A stretch of DNA of 48,615 bases from Gemmatimonadota bacterium. Lineage in GTDB: Bacteria > Gemmatimonadota > Gemmatimonadetes > Gemmatimonadales > GWC2-71-9. The translations under genes and the position numbers were made by a program. This document shows positions 19,718 to 29,410 of the stretch, piece after piece. Location: positions 1 to 48,615 of the forward strand of contig JBDHKN010000073.1 of the NCBI GenBank assembly GCA_039586365.1. Direction: 5' to 3'. The notes beneath the pieces were generated by a model. It worked only from the letters and a program-made list of their open reading frames with translations, was not told where the DNA came from and did not search any database. Each line of letters starts with the position of its first letter. Positions within the stretch are counted from its first letter, which is position 1.

Positions 19718-20905
19718 ATGTCCATTTCTCGACGCTTCGTCGGCATCTCGGCCCTAGTGACAATCGTGACAAGCCTGGTCGGAGGGATATACCTGCGCAT
19801 CCGGGAGACCGGCAGGTCTGCTGGCGATGGTGTTGTGGTTGGTGCGGAGGAGGATCGCCCTGAGGTCTCCGCCAGCGGCACATTCTCCACCAGTGTGGCA
19901 ATTCCAGTAGAGGGTGGTATGGTGGTCCGCGATACGCTAGTTGTCTCTGTCTCGGCAGCCGCGCAGGCTGTTGCGATAAAGCAAGCGGCTTTGTCGGCGC
20001 AGGTTCAGGGTCGAATTGTGCGGATTCACGTGATGGAGAACGAGGTTGTCGAGGGCGGTCGGCTCCTGATCGAGATCGATCCGACCGAGTACGACTTGGC
20101 GGTCGATCGGGCGAATGCCGCACTTGCTCGAGCAGCCGCTCAATATCGCGAGTACACCCTCTTCGACGATCAGATCAAGGATCCTGAAGTGCGAGCAGAG
20201 AGGGATCGTGTGGCTCGGGCAAGGAGTGGCCTGGACGAGGCAGAGGTTGGCCTACGGGAGGCTCAACTCCAGCTTGACAGGACCAATGTGATTGCTCCGT
20301 ACGGCGGACGAGTAGCCAGCATAAGGGTGGTGGAAGGGCAGCTAGCACGACCCGGTGACGAATTGCTTACCGTTGTCGATCTCGATCCGATCAGGGTGGA
20401 AGTGCAGGTGCTGGAGAGTGAAGTGGGCTATCTGGCTCCAGGGCGCAATGCGTCGATTGCGTTTTCTGCATTCCCGGGCGAGACGTTCAGTGGCACAATT
20501 ACCACTATGAACCCCGTAGTGGAGCGAGACACTCGGACGGCCCGGGTTACAGTCATGGTGCCGAACTCAGCGGGTCGGATTCTGCCAGGTATGTATGCAC
20601 GGGTTTCGCTCGAGGCGCGCACTTTCCCCGACAAACTTCTAGTACCCAGGAGCGCTATTCTGGAGCGGGATCGTCGAACGATGCTGTTTGTTTTTGAAGG
20701 CGAAGGACAGGAGGGCTTGGCAAAATGGCGCTATGTGACGACCGGCTTAGTGAACGACTCCCTGATAGAGATTGTAGAAGACCCCGAGACCGACATGGTA
20801 CAGCCCGGCGAAGTGGTGCTCACCGACGGTCACTATACGCTGATTCACGACGCTGTTGTTCGCTTGGTTGCTGATGTGCGGGCAGCCGGCGGGAGGCCAC
20901 AATGA
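19718..20905 (+). CDS. RND efflux periplasmic adaptor (MFP)
   Basis: N-terminal TM helix; VQGRI, APYGG, TRT, ILPGMYA, VPRSAI. Confidence 0.93.
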   Translation: MSISRRFVGISALVTIVTSLVGGIYLRIRETGRSAGDGVVVGAEEDRPEVSASGTFSTSVAIPVEGGMVVRDTLVVSVSAAAQAVAIKQAALSAQVQGRIVRIHVMENEVVEGGRLLIEIDPTEYDLAVDRANAALARAAAQYREYTLFDDQIKDPEVRAERDRVARARSGLDEAEVGLREAQLQLDRTNVIAPYGGRVASIRVVEGQLARPGDELLTVVDLDPIRVEVQVLESEVGYLAPGRNASIAFSAFPGETFSGTITTMNPVVERDTRTARVTVMVPNSAGRILPGMYARVSLEARTFPDKLLVPRSAILERDRRTMLFVFEGEGQEGLAKWRYVTTGLVNDSLIEIVEDPETDMVQPGEVVLTDGHYTLIHDAVVRLVADVRAAGGRPQ

Positions 20906-22347
20906 TTGGCGGAACAGTAGCACGGCGAAGCGATAGAAAGCTGGCTGGAAAGGCAGAGGGTCGGAAGGATCGAACGGCGCAACAACATAACGATGCAACG
21001 ATCCATCGACTGTGCGTAATCATGCTGGCTGCTGGATTACTGAGTCCGAATATCGGTACAGCGCAGGAAGTGCCACGGTATCTCACGCTACAGGACGCGC
21101 TAGCTCTGGCACGGCAGAGGAATCCAGCGTTCCGCAGGGTGGTTGCCCAGGCTGATGCCAGCGGTGCTGATGTGAGGGCTGCCACGGGGAGTTTTCTGCC
21201 GAACCTCAGCGCGAATCTCCAATTCCAAGCATCCAGGAGCACTGTGGCCACGGGGCAGGACGACTTTGGCGGCAACATCGAGCTGCCCGAATCAAGGACC
21301 ATCGCGCGGAGCTACTCCTCTCAGGGACTGTCTTCACAGCTCACTTTGTTCGACGGATTCCAGAATCTCAATGGACTGAAGAGCGCCAAGGCTGGTGCTC
21401 AAGCCGCTCAGTGGGGTGTAGATGCACAGGCCACAGTAATCGAAGGCGAAGTCAAGCGACGGTTCTATGAGGTAATCCGCTGGCAACGGCGGATCGCTAT
21501 CGAGGAGCGGCTGCTAATTGCCCGCAACGACGAGCTTCTCGCAACCGATAGGCTTTTTCGGGTAGCAGCCCGCGAGCAGGTAGATGTGCTCGGAGCTCAA
21601 GTAGAAGTTGCGCGGCAGGAGCAGAGTCTGGAGAGCGCTCGTGGTGAGGCAAGAAAGGCGCTGCTTGTTCTGGCGGAGGCCATAGGCCGCGAAGAAGGAG
21701 CTGACTTTCAGGTCGTTGGAGATTTCCCAGAGGTTTCCGATCCGGGGACGTTGGACGCAGACGCCGTGGTGGAGCGTGTGCTCCAGTGGAACCCGAAACT
21801 GCAACAGGCAGCCGCAAGTGCGGCCCAGGCGAGGCTCGCTGCAGACCGAGCGCGCGGAATGAGGTGGCCCACCATCACGGCGAACGCCACTTTCAACCGC
21901 AATGTTGGGCAGGATGGATACGGCGGGATGTTCCAGTTGAACCCGCAAGATCGTTCATTCGGGATCGGTTTCACTGTCTCACTCCCCCTCTTCACCCGGT
22001 TCAGTACGTCGCAAGCGATTGCCCAAGCTGATGCTAGCCGAGAGGTGGAGACAGAAACCCTCCGGGAGACCCGACTGCAGCTTGAGCGGGAAGCGCGGAG
22101 TGCCTTGATCGACGTTCAGAACTCCCATCGTCAACTCGAACTTGCCGAGCGAACTGCAGAGTTGGGACGCCAGCGCCTGGCGATGGCACAGGAACAATAT
22201 CAACTCGGCTCGAGGAGTTTCACGGAACTGCAGCAGATTGTTAACACATCGGCGAACGATGAACGTAGTGCCTTGGTCGCTCGGCTCAACTACGTGAACG
22301 CTGTAATCGGCCTGGAGGAACTGGTCGGTGGCCCGCTGAGGCCGTGA
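20902..22347 (+). CDS. TolC-family outer membrane factor
   Basis: LTLQDALALARQRNP, LTLFDG, SLPLF, QYQLG; ATGA overlap with the MFP. Confidence 0.9.
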   Translation: MIGGTVARRSDRKLAGKAEGRKDRTAQQHNDATIHRLCVIMLAAGLLSPNIGTAQEVPRYLTLQDALALARQRNPAFRRVVAQADASGADVRAATGSFLPNLSANLQFQASRSTVATGQDDFGGNIELPESRTIARSYSSQGLSSQLTLFDGFQNLNGLKSAKAGAQAAQWGVDAQATVIEGEVKRRFYEVIRWQRRIAIEERLLIARNDELLATDRLFRVAAREQVDVLGAQVEVARQEQSLESARGEARKALLVLAEAIGREEGADFQVVGDFPEVSDPGTLDADAVVERVLQWNPKLQQAAASAAQARLAADRARGMRWPTITANATFNRNVGQDGYGGMFQLNPQDRSFGIGFTVSLPLFTRFSTSQAIAQADASREVETETLRETRLQLEREARSALIDVQNSHRQLELAERTAELGRQRLAMAQEQYQLGSRSFTELQQIVNTSANDERSALVARLNYVNAVIGLEELVGGPLRP

Positions 22348-22369
22348 CCTAGTTCTTCGGCATCGCGAT

Positions 22370-25300
22370 ATGTCTATTTCGAGATGGTGTATCAGGCGTC
22401 CAGTCGCAGTGGCGATGTTCTTCCTCGCAGTCGCGTTGCTCGGTGGTATCTCATTCTGGCGACTCCCTATCGATCTGTTGCCGGACGTTGCCTACCCAAG
22501 GCTAGTGGTTTACACCACCTACCCGGACGTGGGTCCTACTGAAGTCGAGCGCTTCGTCACCGAACCGATCGAGCGCCAGGTATCACAGGTGCCCGGTGTC
22601 GAGCGCGTGGAGAGCGTGTCTCGAGAAGGGGTATCGCTTGTCACGTTGCGGTTTGCTTGGGGTACCGACATGGAGTTTGCGGTACTCAACGTTCGCGAAC
22701 AGCTAGACGGGTCGCGTGATGAACTGCCAGAGATGAGTTCGCGGCCGGTGGTGCTCCGGACCGATCCCAACTCAGAGCCGGTGATGGCTGTCAGCGTGGC
22801 CGGTGAAAGTGACCTAGCGTCGCTCAAGGAGCTGGCCGAGAATGTCTTCAAGCGTCGCCTCGAACAGATCGACGGGGTGGCGGAGGCCGCCCTGGCAGGG
22901 GGGTTGGAGCGAGAGATTCACGTCGAGGTGGATCCGCGATTGCTGGAGAGTTACGGGTTCACGATTGAAGACATCGGGGCTGTCCTGGAGAGCGCAAATC
23001 TCAGTGCGCCCGGTGGGCGGGTTCGCCGAGGCAGGTACAACTATGCCCTGAGGACGCTGGGTGAATTCCAGACAGTTCATGAAATTGCGAACGTGCCGCT
23101 GGGGCCCAGTCGCGGTGATACCAGTGGCAGCGGTAACCTCGTCCTCCTGAGTGACGTCGCGCGTGTCGAAGACGGTTTCCGGGACCGCGAGTCAATAGCG
23201 CGCTACAACGGGGCCGAGGCTGTGGGGCTTCTTCTCTACAAAGAATCGGGAGCCAATACTGTTCGTGTGGCCGAACGAGTGGAAGTGGTGCTGAACCAGC
23301 TGCGTACCGAATACCCTGAGGTGCGGCTGGACGTGGCGATGAGTCAGGCCGGATTCATAACCGACGCCATATCCAACGTGGTCCAGGCGCTGGTCGTCGG
23401 CGGAATCTTGGCGTTCCTAGTGTTGTTCTTCTTCTTACGCAACGCACGCTATCCGGTGGCTGTCGCTCTGGCCATTCCAATATCGGTTGTGGCCGCTTTC
23501 TCACTACTCGACCTTGCAGACGTTTCTCTCAACATCATGAGTCTGGGTGGACTGGCGTTGGGGGTGGGCATGTTGGTGGACAACTCAATCGTGGTGCTGG
23601 AGAACATCTTCAGGCACAGTGAGTCGGGTCTGGACGCAGCGGAGGCAGCAGCTCAAGGGGCAAAAGAGGTTCAAGGGGCCATAACGGCGTCGACCCTCAC
23701 GACGATCAGTGTCTTTGGACCCATCATCTACGTAGAGGGTGTGGCGGGAGAGTTGTTCGGGGCGTTGTCTTTAGCTGTCGCCTTCGCGTTGCTGGCCAGC
23801 TTGGTGGTTGCCTTGACTTTGTTGCCAACAATGGCGGCCCGGTGGGGCGGCGGATCCACTGCGTCGGCAGGGTCTGCATTGCGGCGCCTCACGCGTTCAG
23901 CATTGGAGTCCGCTTCTTCGGCTGCCTCTCGTATCTTCGCGCCACTACTCGACTGGTTCGATGGCCGTTTTGCTACCTTCGCGGCGTGGTACCATGGCGT
24001 GTTGGCACGGGCTTTGGACAATAGGGCTTGGGTAGTGGGTCTTGCGACTCTGACTCTTGTGTTGGGCATCGGTGTTGCGGCGATGCTGGACCGCGATCTC
24101 CTTCCCAATGTGGACCAAGGCGCATTCCAGGTGCGACTGGAACTTCCCAGAGGGACAGACCTTGACGAAACGGCCACCGTTGCAGCGCGTATTGAGGATG
24201 TCATCCGAAACGATCCGGCGGTCAACGCAGTATTCACTCGGGCGGGTATCCAGCAAGCAGTGGCTGGTGTCGAAGATGAGGAGAGTGGACTCAACACTGC
24301 TGTGCTAGATGTCCGGCTCAACTCGGGAGAGCGGACCGACCGCGCTCTGGAACGGATGCGACCGGCTTTGGGGCAGTTTCCGACCGGTATGTTGGTCATC
24401 GAGACAGGAACGGCAACAGCCCTTGGTCGACTGCTCGGCGGTGGGGAAGCAGACCTCTCGGTGCAAGTGCGAGGCGACGATCTCGCAGGAGCATGGACAT
24501 ATGCACGCCAACTGGAGCGCGATCTCCAGGGAGTATCGAGTCTCGCCAACGTGCGCGTGGCGGTGGAAGAAGGGCAACCGGAGTTACTGGTGGAGATCGA
24601 CCGAGAGAACGCTGCAGCTTACGGAATAGAACCGCGCCGAATAGCAGAGATCGTTGAGGATTACATGCTTGGCAGGACGGCCTCCGAGTTCGTTGACTTT
24701 GCAGAGAAAGTCCCGATCATCGTTCGACTCCCGGAGGAACAGCGACGCTCCGCTCAGACCCTTTCCCTCCTCAGGGTTGACGGTATCCCGTTGCGAGAAC
24801 TCGTGCACACTCGCGAGACGGTGGGTCCTGCCGAGGTTCGTCGCGTGGAGCAATCACGCACGGTTTCGGTGTACGCTGATGCCGCTGGTAATCTCGATGC
24901 CGCGCTAGCTGATGTGCGCGGGATTCTTGCGTCCCACGCTGCTCCGGTGGGGTTGCGTGTAGAGGTGGGTGGTGAGAACGAGGAGCGGACTCGTAGCTAC
25001 CGCGACCTCGCATTTGCCTTTGCGCTCGCCTTGCTGTTGGTGTACATGATATTGGCGGCCCAATTCGAGTCGTTCGTACATCCGTTTACGATCCTGCTCA
25101 GCGTCCCGTTGGCAAGCGTGGGAGCCTCAGTTGCTCTGTGGATAACCGGGCAGGGCCTCAATGCGATGAGCCTCATAGGGCTTGTCATTCTCGTGGGGAT
25201 CGTTGTCAATGATGCCATCGTCAAGGTCGATTTCATCAATCAGGTGCGCGCAAGTGGAAGACCAGTACGCGAGGCTATACTTGAGGCGGGACGGGTACGC

Positions 25301-25564
25301 CTCCGACCGATCATCATGACCACAGTAACAACCGTTCTCGGCTTGACTCCGATGGCCTTGGGGTTGGGGCGTGGAGCCGACCTGCGAGCTCCGTTGGCCA
25401 TAGCCGTCATCGGTGGTCTCTTGAGTGCTACTGCCCTCACCCTGATTGTGGTGCCAGTGGCATACCATCTGTTGGACGAGGTGAACCGGACGATACGGCT
25501 TGCTCTCGGTGGTGGCCCGAAGGTCGAGCAACCCGTGGGCGGCCAGCCGGAGGCGGTTGGTTGA
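22370..25564 (+). CDS. RND efflux permease subunit 1
   Basis: 1064 aa; RRPVAV, GMLVDNSIVVLEN, AAQFES, RLRPIIMT. Confidence 0.95.
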   Translation: MSISRWCIRRPVAVAMFFLAVALLGGISFWRLPIDLLPDVAYPRLVVYTTYPDVGPTEVERFVTEPIERQVSQVPGVERVESVSREGVSLVTLRFAWGTDMEFAVLNVREQLDGSRDELPEMSSRPVVLRTDPNSEPVMAVSVAGESDLASLKELAENVFKRRLEQIDGVAEAALAGGLEREIHVEVDPRLLESYGFTIEDIGAVLESANLSAPGGRVRRGRYNYALRTLGEFQTVHEIANVPLGPSRGDTSGSGNLVLLSDVARVEDGFRDRESIARYNGAEAVGLLLYKESGANTVRVAERVEVVLNQLRTEYPEVRLDVAMSQAGFITDAISNVVQALVVGGILAFLVLFFFLRNARYPVAVALAIPISVVAAFSLLDLADVSLNIMSLGGLALGVGMLVDNSIVVLENIFRHSESGLDAAEAAAQGAKEVQGAITASTLTTISVFGPIIYVEGVAGELFGALSLAVAFALLASLVVALTLLPTMAARWGGGSTASAGSALRRLTRSALESASSAASRIFAPLLDWFDGRFATFAAWYHGVLARALDNRAWVVGLATLTLVLGIGVAAMLDRDLLPNVDQGAFQVRLELPRGTDLDETATVAARIEDVIRNDPAVNAVFTRAGIQQAVAGVEDEESGLNTAVLDVRLNSGERTDRALERMRPALGQFPTGMLVIETGTATALGRLLGGGEADLSVQVRGDDLAGAWTYARQLERDLQGVSSLANVRVAVEEGQPELLVEIDRENAAAYGIEPRRIAEIVEDYMLGRTASEFVDFAEKVPIIVRLPEEQRRSAQTLSLLRVDGIPLRELVHTRETVGPAEVRRVEQSRTVSVYADAAGNLDAALADVRGILASHAAPVGLRVEVGGENEERTRSYRDLAFAFALALLLVYMILAAQFESFVHPFTILLSVPLASVGASVALWITGQGLNAMSLIGLVILVGIVVNDAIVKVDFINQVRASGRPVREAILEAGRVRLRPIIMTTVTTVLGLTPMALGLGRGADLRAPLAIAVIGGLLSATALTLIVVPVAYHLLDEVNRTIRLALGGGPKVEQPVGGQPEAVG

Positions 25565-28500
25565 TCCGGCTATCCATCCGCCGCCCCGTCGCCGTCACGA
25601 TGACTTACCTGGCGGTAGGACTGCTGGGTCTTGCCGCCTGGCGCAACATACCCATAGAGCTTCTCCCGGACACGGATCTGCCGCAGCTCTTCGTGGAGGC
25701 GCAGTGGCCTAATGCCTCTCCTGAAGCGATGGAGGCCTTCGTCACGGCCCCGATGGAGGCGACGGTACAGCAGATTCGGGGTGTCGAGAAGATCACTTCC
25801 ACTTCAGAAGTGCGATATGGATCGGCGCAGGCTCTCATCCAGGTGGAGTTCGAGCGCGACACAGATATGGATTTTGCGCGTCTCGAGCTATCCGAACGGC
25901 TGACCTTACTTGAAGACGAATTGCCGGCGGGCGTCAGATCTCCAATTGTCCGTCCCTACGTGCCGGACGAGTTTGAGGACCAACAGACTCCATTCCTGTC
26001 TTATACGATCACGGGACCTCACACGGTTGAAGCGCTCCGGGCCCACGTAGATGACCGGATTCTGCCAGAGCTTACCCAGGTTGACGGAGTTGCCGGCGTT
26101 GTCGTGTGGGGCGGCCGTGAGCGAGTACTGGCCGTCGAACTCGACGAAGAGAAGATCAACGCACTGGGACTCAGCTCGTGGGTCGTGCGACAGAGGATCG
26201 GCGAGCTCGAGTACGTCGCGGAGGCTGGGATGGTAGAAACCGGCGGTCTCCTGCGCACGGTGGCAATCCGCCACTTGACTGAGTCCGCTGATGAGATAAG
26301 GCGTGCTCCGCTTCTCACCGACCGTGGACGAGTGGTGCGGGTGGAGGATGTGGCCACGGTGCACGACACCTTTGAAGAACCCACGCGATATAACCGTATC
26401 AACGGTCAGCCGGCCGTGTCTTTCCAGGTCCACAAGGAACTGGGAGTGAACACCGTGCGGGTCGCCGACCACGTCAAGGAACGCCTCGCAGCCATTGAAC
26501 ACATCCACCCCCCGGGCGTGTACCTGATTCTCGAGGACGACGAGAGCGAGGATATTAAGACTCAGCTGCAGGATCTCCGCGTGCGCGCCCTCATCGCCGC
26601 CGCAGTAATCTTCCTCGTACTCTTGGCATTCTTGCGGTCCTTCCGCTCGGCAGCCGTGGTGTTCGCGACCATCGCATTCTCCATACTGATCGCCCTCAAC
26701 CTTATCTACTTCGGTGGGTTCACGCTCAACGTCCTCACTCTGATGGGTCTCGCCATGGGTTTCGGATTGATCGTGGACAACGCCATAGTGGTGCTTGAGA
26801 ACATCTATCGGAAGCGGCACAAAGGGCAACCGGCTGCGGATGCAGCCGAGCAGGGCGCCCGTCAGGTTGTGCTGCCGATTCTGGCGGCCACGTTGACGAC
26901 ACTCATCGTGTTCATTCCCTTCGTGTACCTACAAGGTGAACTCAGAGTCTACTACGTACCGCTCGCCATCGTGGTTGGAATGAGCTTGCTGGCCAGCCTC
27001 TTCGTGGCGTTCACATTCATTCCGGCTCTGGCCAGTAGGGTACTGGGTGGGGAAACCGGCGATCCGGAAAGTGGAGCCGGCGCTCGCACGGGCGGACCGG
27101 CGGATTTGGCTGCATCGAGTTCAGATGATGGTTCGCCTGACGTACAGCCTGTGCTTCCTCCCTTCTACGTTCGCTTCTACTCTGGGATACTTGGAGTCAC
27201 TCTTCATCTCTCGAAGGTGAGACGGTGGCCGGTTTTGCCAGTGGCGACGGTTGCCGTGGCTGTGGCGGCCTTCGGTCTTTCATACTACGTGTTCCACAAG
27301 TACGTCAACCGAGGGATCGTGTGGGGTCGCTGGGGTGGCAGTGACACTTATATCGCCATTCAGATTCGACTCCCACGGGGTGCAGAGCTTGAGCGCACCG
27401 ACGAACTCAGTCGGTTCTTTGAAGACAAACTAAGGACGCTTCCAGAGGTGGCGAGGTTTAGGTCATACGTCCAGCCCGAGTTTGCGAGCATGGAAGTGAC
27501 TTTCCCCGATTCGCTCGAGAACACCCTCGTTCCTGTGGCGATCAAGGAACAGTTGCTGGCGTACAGCTACCTGTTCGGTGGTGCCGAGGTTCGGGTCTAT
27601 GGCTATGGTCCGTCGTTCTACGGTGGTGGGGGCGGTGCACCCAACTATACGATCAAGGTGCTGGGCTACAACTACGAGAGAGTCCGGGAAATTGCCGAAG
27701 ACCTGGGACGGCGACTCGGGCGCTTCTCGCGGGTGCGCGATGTCGATATCAACTCTTCTGGCTGGTTTGTGCGGGACAAGGCTACAGAGTTCGTGCTCTC
27801 CATCGACCGGCAGAAACTCGGACTTCACGGAATAACGGTACAGAACGTTGTAGGCCAGGTAGGAACCTCAGTACGCGGCCAAGTCGCCAACAGCCGTATG
27901 CGAATCGCCGGCGACGAAGTGCTGTACGAGGTCAAGCTCGCGGGGTTTGAAGAACTCGACGTGGTTGAGTTGCTGGAGCTGTTGCTTCAGGCACCGAGTG
28001 GGGAGGGGGTCCGTTTGGGGGATGTGGCCACCGTTGAGGAACGTCGCGTACTCAACCGTGTTGTCAGGGAGAATCAGCAGTATCAACGCAACGTGAGCTA
28101 CGAGTTTCGTGGTCCTGCCAAGCTGGGCGATCAGATTCAGGATGCGGTAACTGCGGCGACCCATGTGCCGGAGGGATACAAGATCGAGGGGCGCGATGAG
28201 CTGCGGTGGGAGTGGGAAGAGGAGCAGCAGATATACGGGGTGTTGATCGTGTCGCTCTTCTTGATATTCATGGTTACTGCCGCTCTCTTCGAGTCGTTTC
28301 GACAACCGTTGTGCGTATTGCTGACGGTGCCAATGGCACTGATCGGTGTCTTTCTGATCTTCTTTTACACTGACGCTAGCTTCACTCGGGAAGCCTATGT
28401 AGGCGTGATCATGATGGGCGGTATCGTGGTCAACAATGCCATCCTACTTGTTGATCATGTCAATTATCTGCGCCGCAATGAAGGACTGCCGCTGGAACTG

Positions 28501-28764
28501 GCCACTTTACAGGGCACGCTCGAGCGCGTCAGACCGATTCTCATGACCAGTACCACGACGATCTTCGGGCTGTTGCCGCTTGTGCTGTTCAGTGAATACG
28601 CGGATGCGAATATCTGGAATGCCTTGGGGTATGCCCTGATTGGTGGCCTGGCCAGCTCAACCCTCCTGGTTCTCACAGTCACGCCCGCTCTTTATCTGAT
28701 CTTCGAACTGCGACCTGAGAGACGACGTGTGACAGCCCTTCAGGAAGTTGGGGCGACCGCGTGA
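25561..28764 (+). CDS. RND efflux permease subunit 2
   Basis: 1067 aa; GLIVDNAIVVLEN, GIVVNNAILLVD, RVRPILMT; TTG start overlaps the upstream TGA. Confidence 0.95.
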   Translation: MIRLSIRRPVAVTMTYLAVGLLGLAAWRNIPIELLPDTDLPQLFVEAQWPNASPEAMEAFVTAPMEATVQQIRGVEKITSTSEVRYGSAQALIQVEFERDTDMDFARLELSERLTLLEDELPAGVRSPIVRPYVPDEFEDQQTPFLSYTITGPHTVEALRAHVDDRILPELTQVDGVAGVVVWGGRERVLAVELDEEKINALGLSSWVVRQRIGELEYVAEAGMVETGGLLRTVAIRHLTESADEIRRAPLLTDRGRVVRVEDVATVHDTFEEPTRYNRINGQPAVSFQVHKELGVNTVRVADHVKERLAAIEHIHPPGVYLILEDDESEDIKTQLQDLRVRALIAAAVIFLVLLAFLRSFRSAAVVFATIAFSILIALNLIYFGGFTLNVLTLMGLAMGFGLIVDNAIVVLENIYRKRHKGQPAADAAEQGARQVVLPILAATLTTLIVFIPFVYLQGELRVYYVPLAIVVGMSLLASLFVAFTFIPALASRVLGGETGDPESGAGARTGGPADLAASSSDDGSPDVQPVLPPFYVRFYSGILGVTLHLSKVRRWPVLPVATVAVAVAAFGLSYYVFHKYVNRGIVWGRWGGSDTYIAIQIRLPRGAELERTDELSRFFEDKLRTLPEVARFRSYVQPEFASMEVTFPDSLENTLVPVAIKEQLLAYSYLFGGAEVRVYGYGPSFYGGGGGAPNYTIKVLGYNYERVREIAEDLGRRLGRFSRVRDVDINSSGWFVRDKATEFVLSIDRQKLGLHGITVQNVVGQVGTSVRGQVANSRMRIAGDEVLYEVKLAGFEELDVVELLELLLQAPSGEGVRLGDVATVEERRVLNRVVRENQQYQRNVSYEFRGPAKLGDQIQDAVTAATHVPEGYKIEGRDELRWEWEEEQQIYGVLIVSLFLIFMVTAALFESFRQPLCVLLTVPMALIGVFLIFFYTDASFTREAYVGVIMMGGIVVNNAILLVDHVNYLRRNEGLPLELATLQGTLERVRPILMTSTTTIFGLLPLVLFSEYADANIWNALGYALIGGLASSTLLVLTVTPALYLIFELRPERRRVTALQEVGATA

Positions 28765-28928
28765 GCAGGCGACGTCATCTGCTGCTTTCCCAATCGAGTC
28801 CCCGTCTTGAACTCGGGCCTAACATCTACGTAGAGTGCTGAGACGGGACGGCAGAACATGCTCTCATTACCCACGCGGCATATAGTGCAGGGTCAGAGTC
28901 AAGCAACGGTCTGTTCTGGGAGTCGTGC

Positions 28929-29164
28929 ATGAGCCGTACTGCAAATCACATGCTTCTTCTCGCCGGTGCAACTTTCGCCCTGACCTGTTCGGCGCAACCC
29001 GATGGGTCTGAATCCGCTCACGAACAACGACTCCTGGTCGCTAACAAGGGCGACAACACACTCTCAGTTGTTGATCCGGCGACCTTGACCTCGTGAGGTG
29101 GAGGCTCGACGGCGACATCATCACGGGGTACGAACCTGACGGAATGGCCTGGGTTGGCGGCTAG
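28929..29164 (+). pseudogene. Internally deleted YVTN/YncE-type beta-propeller gene
   Basis: SD GGGAG then MSRTANHMLLLAGATFALTC...LLVANKGDNTLSVVDPATLTS* (28929-29096). A second frame gives DLVRWRLDGDIITGYEPDGMAWVGG* (29087-29164). Confidence 0.75.
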
Positions 29165-29320
29165 CGCGGCACCACGCACCATTCTTTTAAAGGGGGCCGC
29201 GGGTGCCAACGATCTGCACTACCGTGTGATTCAGCCTGCTCTCTTCCGCCGCTGCCGATGCCACTCGATCCTGCATGCGTAAGTATCTGCCCGACAACAG
29301 CTTAGACGGTCGAACGCCAA

Positions 29321-29349
29321 TTGATTTGAGCCTCGCGAGTCACTATATT
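29321..29349 (+). promoter_or_regulatory. Putative sigma70 promoter of gyrA
   Basis: TTGATT-17 nt-TATATT. Confidence 0.6.
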
Positions 29350-29361
29350 TCATAGACCTCC

Positions 29362-29389
29362 AAGGGGGTCGAGAGCGGCCCCCTTTTTT
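29362..29389 (+). terminator. Intrinsic-terminator-like hairpin in the gyrA leader
   Basis: AAGGGGGTCG-AGAG-CGGCCCCC followed by TTTTTT. Confidence 0.65.
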
Positions 29390-29410
29390 CGTATTGCAGC
29401 CAGGATAGAA

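Noticed and set aside
19718..22390. MFP and RND1 both begin MSISR
   Set aside because: Similarity stops after about 15 nt; probably coincidence.
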